From the IMG/VR virus record IMGVR_UViG_2534681662_000008, positions 1 to 20,812 of that record: DNA of 20,812 bases; one strand, 5' to 3'. Origin of the DNA: a virus (taxonomy: Duplodnaviria > Heunggongvirae > Uroviricota > Caudoviricetes). Below are positions 15,716 to 20,812 of the stretch, one piece after another (the stretch's first letter is position 1; each line of letters opens with the position of its first letter). The notes beneath the pieces are model-generated. The model had not been told where the DNA came from. It saw only the letters and a list, made by a program, of their open reading frames with translations, and did not search any database. The position numbers and the translations under genes are program-made.

Positions 15716-16105
15716 ATGTTTCTGAAACAGGATACGTTTAATTACGGCAATCAGTCGGTGGTACTGAATGAACTGTCTGGTCTGCAGCGTGTGGAATACC
15801 TGGCTTATGCCCGTGAACGCGCGGCGCAGTTTGATGAGGCTTCTGCAGGAATGGAAGAAGGGGCCCGCCAGATTGCTTTTATGGAAATGGGGATGGACAT
15901 CAACGCCTGGCTGGTTTCCCGTTCGCTGTGGAATGCCGACCAGTCTCAGAATGTGGCGGCGCTTTTTTCCTCCGTGCGCGTGACATGGTCCTGGGATGCG
16001 CTGGGGATGGCGGCGGAAAGCATTCTGGCGCTGAGCGGTATGGCACTGACAGTGGCGACAGAGGGGGATGACGTGAAGGAGGTGCTGACGCCGGAAAAGT
16101 CCTGA
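15716..16105 (+). CDS. G: Tail assembly chaperone (lambda gpG-like)
   Basis: 129 aa. MFLKQDTFNYGNQSVVLNELSGLQRVEYLAYARERAAQ matches lambda G (MFLKTESFEHNGVTVTLSELSALQRIEHLA, recalled). Confidence 0.9.
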   Translation: MFLKQDTFNYGNQSVVLNELSGLQRVEYLAYARERAAQFDEASAGMEEGARQIAFMEMGMDINAWLVSRSLWNADQSQNVAALFSSVRVTWSWDALGMAAESILALSGMALTVATEGDDVKEVLTPEKS

Positions 16106-16428
16106 CGCAGGAAATGCAGTTTGTCATGCGGCTGGCCCGGGAGTTCCGGCGGGGCGACTGGCGGCGAATGCTGTCAGAAATGTCAGCCACAGAACTGGGA
16201 GAGTGGGGGGATTATTTCCGGCGGCAGAGTTTCAGTGATGTGTGGCTGGATGCGCAATTTGCCACACTGAAAACGCTGATTGTGCAGATGGTTTCCGGAA
16301 AAACCGTGGCGGCGGATATGTTCAGCTTGTTGCCTTCAGAGACAGAAGCGCCCGTCCGGACAGATGAAGAGCTGATGTTTCTGGGGGAAGGTATCGCGGG
16401 AGGAATAAGAATTGAGCCAGATAGCTGA
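15716..16428 (+). CDS. T: Tail assembly protein G-T fusion made by programmed -1 ribosomal frameshift near the 3' end of G
   Basis: The -1 frame is open from 16072 through the G stop (16103-16105) to TGA at 16426-16428, encoding a lambda gpT-like segment. Slippery-type heptamer G-GAA-AAG at 16093-16099. Confidence 0.7.
16076..16099 (+). other. Frameshift cassette: internal SD-like AAGGAGG (16076-16082) 10 nt upstream of slippery G-GAA-AAG (16093-16099)
   Basis: Read directly from the sequence. The spacing resembles the stimulatory SD element of the E. coli dnaX -1 frameshift site. Confidence 0.45.
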
Positions 16429-19400
16429 CCTTGTTATTGATTTAAGTGTTGATACGGCTGATTTTAAGGAACAGCTTCCGCGTATTAAAGCGCAACTCAA
16501 TGGTACCGCCAGCGAAGCGGCGCGCGCAGAAGCGCGGGTCAGACAGTTTGAAGCGAGTCAGAAGCAGGCGGCGACTACCGCGGTGAAACAGACTCAGGCA
16601 CTGGCGGGGAATGCGCAGGCGCATGTTTCGTTGTCAGAGGATGTGGAACAGACCCGTCAGCGACTTGATGCCCTGAACCGGAAAATGCGTGAGGAGCAGG
16701 CGCAGGCGGCGGCACTGGCTGCTGCTCAGGATAAAGCCGCTGCTGCATTTTATCGTCAGATTGACAGTGTGAAACAGGCGGGGGCCGGACTGCAGGAGCT
16801 GCAGCGTATTCAGCAGCAGGTCCGTCAGGCCAGAAACAATGGTGGCATCGCGCAGCAGGATTATCTGGCGTTAATCTCCGAAGTGACGGCAAAAACCCGC
16901 GTGCTGGCTCAGGCTGAAGAATCCGCCACCCGCCAGAAGACGGCCTTTATCCGGCGGCTGAAGGAGCAGGTATCCGCTCAGAATCTTTCATCCACGGAGC
17001 TGCTCAGGGCAAAAGCCGCGCAGCTGGGTGTCAGTAGTGCGGCTGAGGTGTATATCAGCAAAATGGAAAAAGCCGGGAAGGTCACGCATTCGCTGGGGCT
17101 GAAAAGTGCGGCGGCCCGCCAGGAGATAGGTGTTCTGATAGGTGAAATTGCCCGGGGTAATTTCGGTGCGCTTCGTGGCTCCGGGATCACCCTGGCTAAC
17201 CGTGCCGGATGGATTGACGCGCTGATGTCCCCGAAAGGCATGGCTGTCGGCGGGGTTATCGGTGGACTCACTGCTGCTGTTGTCGGGCTGGGAAAGGCCT
17301 GGTATGACGGTCAGAAGGAGGGGGAGGTGTTTAATCGTCAGCTGGCGTTGACAGGGCATTATGCGGGCATCACTACCGGACAGCTGTGGACTCTCAGTCG
17401 CGCCATTTCCGGGAATGGTATCACGCAACATGCTGCAGCCAGTGCGCTGGCTCAGGCGGTTGGCAGCGGTGCATTTCGTGGAGGTGATATCGCCATGGTG
17501 GCGAAAGCTGCCGCGCAAATGGAAAGTTCAGTGGGGCAGTCTGTCAGCGACACCATCAGTCAGTTTAAGCGACTGAAGGATGACCCGGTAAATGCAGCCA
17601 GGACGCTGGATAATGAACTGCATTTCCTGACTGCCACCCAGCTTGAACAAATCCGTGTTCTCGGGGAACAGGGGCGTGCCAGTGATGCTGCCCGGATCGC
17701 CATGTCAGCGCTGGCAGAGGAAACCGGTAAACGCACATCTGATATTGATAATAATCTCAATGCGCTGGGCAGTACGCTGCAAACCTTATCTGACTGGTGG
17801 AAGCAGTTCTGGGATGCCGCCATGAATATCGGGCGTAATGATTCCCTTGATGCGCAGATTGCGGCGCTGCAGGAAAAAATTCAGCGTGCGAAAAAATCGC
17901 CCTGGACAAATGCATCCACCACAGTGGAATACGACCAGCAGCGCCTTGATGAACTTCAGGAGAAAAAGCGCCAGAAAGATTTACAGGATGCAAAAGAGCA
18001 GGCAGAGCGGAATTATCAGGAGCAACAGAAACGCCGTAATGCTGAAAATGCTGCACTGAACCGGATGAATGAAACGGAAGCAGCACGACATCAGCGTGAA
18101 ATTGCGCGTATTAATGCCATGCAGTACGCAGATCAGTCGGTCAGGGACGCAGCGATACAGCGTGAAAATAAACGTCACAAAAAAGCCATTAAGAAAGAAA
18201 CGCCTGCCACCCGTAATGATGAGGCCACCCGGTTATTACTGCAGTACAGCCAGCAACAGGCGCAGGTGGAGGGGCAGATCGCCGCCGCCAGACAGTCCGC
18301 GGGACTGACCACGAAAAAAATGACGGAAGCGCATAAGCAGCTTCTGGCCCTGCAGCAGCGTATCAGTGATTTAGCCGGTAAAAAGCTGACGGCAGATGAA
18401 AAAAGCGTGCTGGCGCATAAGGATGAACTGATTCAGGCGCTGACGCTGCTGGATGCAAAACAGCAGGAGCTGCAGAAGCAGACGGCGCTGAATGACCTTA
18501 AGAAAAAATCCATTCAGCTTGCCAGCCAGCTGGCGGAAGAGGAGCGGGTTCTGCGTCAGCAACATGACCTGGATATCGCCACGACAGGGATGGGGGATAA
18601 ACAGCGTCAGCGATACCAGGCACAGTTCAGTCTGCAACAAAAATATCAGCAGCAGCGGGAACAGTTGGAGCGTGACAGTAAGCGGAAAGGAACATATGGC
18701 ACAGATGAATACCGGAATGCTGAGCAGACGCTGACAGACAGTCTTAACCGGCAACTGAACGAAAACAGACGCTACTGGCAGGAGCAGGAACTGATGCAGG
18801 CAGACTGGAAAAACGGTGCCATGCGGGCGTTTCAGAATTTTACGGCAGATGCGGATAATGCGGCAGGAACTGCTGAGCAGATGTTTACAGCGGCATTTAA
18901 CAGTGCAGGTAATGCACTGGCGACGTTCTGCACGACAGGTAAACTGAATTTCAAATCCTTTACCGCCTCGCTTCTTTCCGACCTGGCAAAAATCATGGCG
19001 CAGATGGCCATTATGCAGGCGGTGAAGGGGATTGGTTCGGCGTTTGGCTGGGGGAGCGCATCCGCTGCCAGTGTGACGCCCAATGCGGATGGCGGTGTTT
19101 ATCAGTCTGCGGATTTGAGCCGTTACAGTGGCTCAGTGGTTAACCGCCCGACGTTTTTTGCCTTTGCAAAAGGCGCGGGGGTGATGGGAGAAGCGGGGCC
19201 TGAAGCCATTCTGCCACTGCGTCGTGGTGCCGACGGTAAGCTGGGTGTTGTGGCGGATATTGGTGGTTCAGGCATGGTGATGTTTGCCCCGCAGTACAAC
19301 ATCGCGATCAATAACGACGGTACGAACGGGCAGATAGGTCCGGCTGCCCTGAAGGTGGTTTATGACCTCGGGAAAAAAGCTGCAGCGGACTTTATGCAAC

Positions 19401-19444
19401 AGCAGTCCCGTGATGGCGGTCAGTTAAGCGGAGTGTATCGGTAA
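16412..19444 (+). CDS. H: Tail tape measure protein (lambda gpH-like), 1010 aa
   Basis: TTG start at 16412 with GGAGG 8 nt upstream. N-terminus ...ADLVIDLSVDTADFKEQL... and C-terminus ...IAINNDGTNGQIGPAALKVVYDL...RDGGQLSGV match lambda H. About 157 aa longer than lambda H (853 aa, recalled). Confidence 0.9.
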   Translation: MSQIADLVIDLSVDTADFKEQLPRIKAQLNGTASEAARAEARVRQFEASQKQAATTAVKQTQALAGNAQAHVSLSEDVEQTRQRLDALNRKMREEQAQAAALAAAQDKAAAAFYRQIDSVKQAGAGLQELQRIQQQVRQARNNGGIAQQDYLALISEVTAKTRVLAQAEESATRQKTAFIRRLKEQVSAQNLSSTELLRAKAAQLGVSSAAEVYISKMEKAGKVTHSLGLKSAAARQEIGVLIGEIARGNFGALRGSGITLANRAGWIDALMSPKGMAVGGVIGGLTAAVVGLGKAWYDGQKEGEVFNRQLALTGHYAGITTGQLWTLSRAISGNGITQHAAASALAQAVGSGAFRGGDIAMVAKAAAQMESSVGQSVSDTISQFKRLKDDPVNAARTLDNELHFLTATQLEQIRVLGEQGRASDAARIAMSALAEETGKRTSDIDNNLNALGSTLQTLSDWWKQFWDAAMNIGRNDSLDAQIAALQEKIQRAKKSPWTNASTTVEYDQQRLDELQEKKRQKDLQDAKEQAERNYQEQQKRRNAENAALNRMNETEAARHQREIARINAMQYADQSVRDAAIQRENKRHKKAIKKETPATRNDEATRLLLQYSQQQAQVEGQIAAARQSAGLTTKKMTEAHKQLLALQQRISDLAGKKLTADEKSVLAHKDELIQALTLLDAKQQELQKQTALNDLKKKSIQLASQLAEEERVLRQQHDLDIATTGMGDKQRQRYQAQFSLQQKYQQQREQLERDSKRKGTYGTDEYRNAEQTLTDSLNRQLNENRRYWQEQELMQADWKNGAMRAFQNFTADADNAAGTAEQMFTAAFNSAGNALATFCTTGKLNFKSFTASLLSDLAKIMAQMAIMQAVKGIGSAFGWGSASAASVTPNADGGVYQSADLSRYSGSVVNRPTFFAFAKGAGVMGEAGPEAILPLRRGADGKLGVVADIGGSGMVMFAPQYNIAINNDGTNGQIGPAALKVVYDLGKKAAADFMQQQSRDGGQLSGVYR

Positions 19445-19773
19445 TGGAGACGTTTCACTGGAAAATTCGTCCTGATATGACAGTGGCATCGGAACCGAAG
19501 GTGTTGACGGTAAAGCTGGGGGATGGCTATGAACAGCGGCGACCGGCAGGACTGAATAATTTATTGTCTGTTTACAGTGTGACTATCCGGATACGTAAAG
19601 GAGAACATCAGTCACTGGAGGATTTTCTGGCGCGGCATGGCGGTGTCAGGGCGTTTCAGTGGGTGCCGCCTTATGGCTGGAAACCAGTCAGGGTGGTTTG
19701 TCGTAAATGGTCGGCAAGCGTGGGGGCGTTGTGGGTGACCATAACGGCAGATTTTGAACAGGTCGTGGCATAG
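19444..19773 (+). CDS. M: Minor tail protein (lambda gpM-like)
   Basis: 109 aa. METFHWKIRPDMTVASEPKVLTVKLGDGYEQRRPAGLNN...YSVT...FLARHGG...FQWVPPYGW matches lambda M. Start overlaps the H stop (TAATG). Confidence 0.9.
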   Translation: METFHWKIRPDMTVASEPKVLTVKLGDGYEQRRPAGLNNLLSVYSVTIRIRKGEHQSLEDFLARHGGVRAFQWVPPYGWKPVRVVCRKWSASVGALWVTITADFEQVVA

Positions 19774-19781
19774 GAGGCCTG

Positions 19782-20473
19782 ATGCAGGATATTCACAGGA
19801 AACACATCATGAGACGACACGCCTCACTCAGTCAGCCCAGGTGGTGCTCTGGGAAATCGATCTGACAGAGGTCGGTGGTGAACGTTATTTTTTCTGTAAT
19901 GAGCAGAACGAAAAAGGTGAGCCGGTCACCTGGCAGGGGCGACAGTATCAGGCGTATCCCATTCAGGGGACGGATTTGAACTGAACGGCAAGGGCAGTGC
20001 TGCCCGTCCGACACTGACGGTTTCTAACCTGCACGGCATGGTCACCGGGATGGCGGAAGACCTGCAGAGTCTGGTCGGCGGAACGGTGGTCGGCGTAAGG
20101 TTTACGCCCGTTTTCTGGATGCGGTGAACTTCGTCAACGGAAACAGTGACGCCGACCGGAGCAGGAGGTGATCAGCCGCTGGCGCATGAGCAGTGCAGGA
20201 ACTGAGCGCGGTGAGTGCTCTTTTGTACTGTCCACGCCGACGGAAACGGACGGCGCTGTTTTTCCGGGACGTATCATGCTGGCCAACACCTGCACCTGGA
20301 CCTATCGCGGTGATGAGTGCGGTTATCACGGTCCGGCGGTCGCGGATGAATATGATCAGCCGACGTCCGATATCACGAAGGATAAATGCAGCAAATGCCT
20401 GAGCGGCTGTAAGTTTCGCAATAACGTCGGCAACTTTGGCGGCTTCCTTTCCATTAACAAACTTTCGCAGTAA
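19782..20473 (+). pseudogene. L: Minor tail protein L homologue disrupted by multiple single-base frameshifts
   Basis: ATG 19782 with AGGAGG upstream gives MQDI, then a stop after 27 codons. Lambda-L-like sequence continues in shifted frames: SQETHHETTRLTQSAQVVLWEIDLTEVGGERYFFCNEQNEKGEPVTWQGRQYQ, then FELNGKG...TLTVSNLHGMVTGMAEDLQSLVGGTVV, then RRKVYARFLDAVNFVNGNS, and finally an intact FVLSTPTETDGAVFPGRIMLANTCTWTYRGDECGY...KCLSGCKFRNNVGNFGGFLSINKLSQ. Confidence 0.75.
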
Positions 20474-20477
20474 TCCC

Positions 20478-20564
20478 ATGACAGAGACAGAATCAGCGAT
20501 TCTGGCGCACGCCCGGCGATGTGCGCCAGCGGAGTCGTGCGGCTTCGTGGTGAGAACACCGGAG
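20478..20564 (+). pseudogene. K: Tail assembly protein K homologue, 5' fragment only (about 29 codons)
   Basis: ATG 20478 directly after L. MTETESAILAHARRCAPAESCGFVVRTPE matches the lambda K N-terminus (recalled); similarity ends near 20564. Confidence 0.55.
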
Positions 20565-20812
20565 CCCGGGATGCGTCAGCTTCAAAAGAGGCGGCAAAAT
20601 CATCAGAAACGAGCGCAGCCTCGAGCGCCAGCAGCGCAGCTTCCTCGGCAACGGCGACAGCAAATTCCGCGAAGGCGGCAAAAACGTCAGAGACGAACGC
20701 CAGGTCTTCTGAAACGGCAGCGGGACAGAGCGCCTCGGCTGCGGCAGGCTCAAAAACAGCGGCTGCGTCGTCTGCCAGTGCAGCGTCAACAAGTGCCGGG
20801 CAGGCCTCAGCC
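20565..20812 (+). pseudogene. stf: Side tail fibre (Stf-like) internal fragment, Ala/Ser-rich repeat region, out of frame with the K fragment; continues beyond the window end
   Basis: Frame 2 translation ...ARDASASKEAAKSSETSAASSASSAASSATATANSAKAAKTSETNARSSETAAGQSASAAAGSKTAAASSASAASTSAGQASA is typical of the repeat region about 250-300 aa into lambdoid side tail fibres. The normal N-terminal part is absent. Confidence 0.5.

Noticed and set aside
19754-19984. Listed 76-aa ORF starting at TTG 19754 as an alternative intact start for L
   Set aside because: It would begin inside gene M without a ribosome-binding site and still terminates at 19984, long before the conserved L C-terminus. The canonical AGGAGG-ATG at 19782 followed by frame breaks explains the data better.

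Overview
This 20.8-kb window is the late region of a lambda-like (lambdoid) prophage from an enterobacterial, E. coli-like genome. Every supportable gene is on the + strand and the order is collinear with the phage lambda late operon. Order: rusA (3' part), antiterminator Q, a candidate late promoter and short terminator, an ORF6N-domain gene, tRNA-Thr(UGU) and tRNA-Gly(UCC), about 750 bp of hairpin-rich non-coding DNA, a lysis cassette (two 3-TMD holin-like proteins and a GH108-type endolysin, with no recognisable Rz/Rz1 spanin), three very small membrane/lipoprotein genes, a 116-aa unknown protein, a lambda-like cos site, then Nu1, A, W, B, C (with embedded Nu3-like scaffold), D, E, FI, FII, Z, U, V, G, G-T, H and M. 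The tail-tip end is decayed: the L homologue is broken by about seven single-base deletions, and K stops after about 29 codons where it is joined out of frame to the middle of a side-tail-fibre gene, so I and J appear to be missing. The strongest candidates for something undescribed are the small membrane/lipoprotein trio plus the unknown 116-aa gene between endolysin and cos, and the structured non-coding stretch between the tRNAs and the holin. Other notable points are a 138-bp tandem repeat array inside the C/Nu3 scaffold region and a G-T frameshift site with an upstream Shine-Dalgarno-like element. All comparisons to lambda proteins and DNA are from memory; no database search or program was run, and all hairpins were paired by eye.
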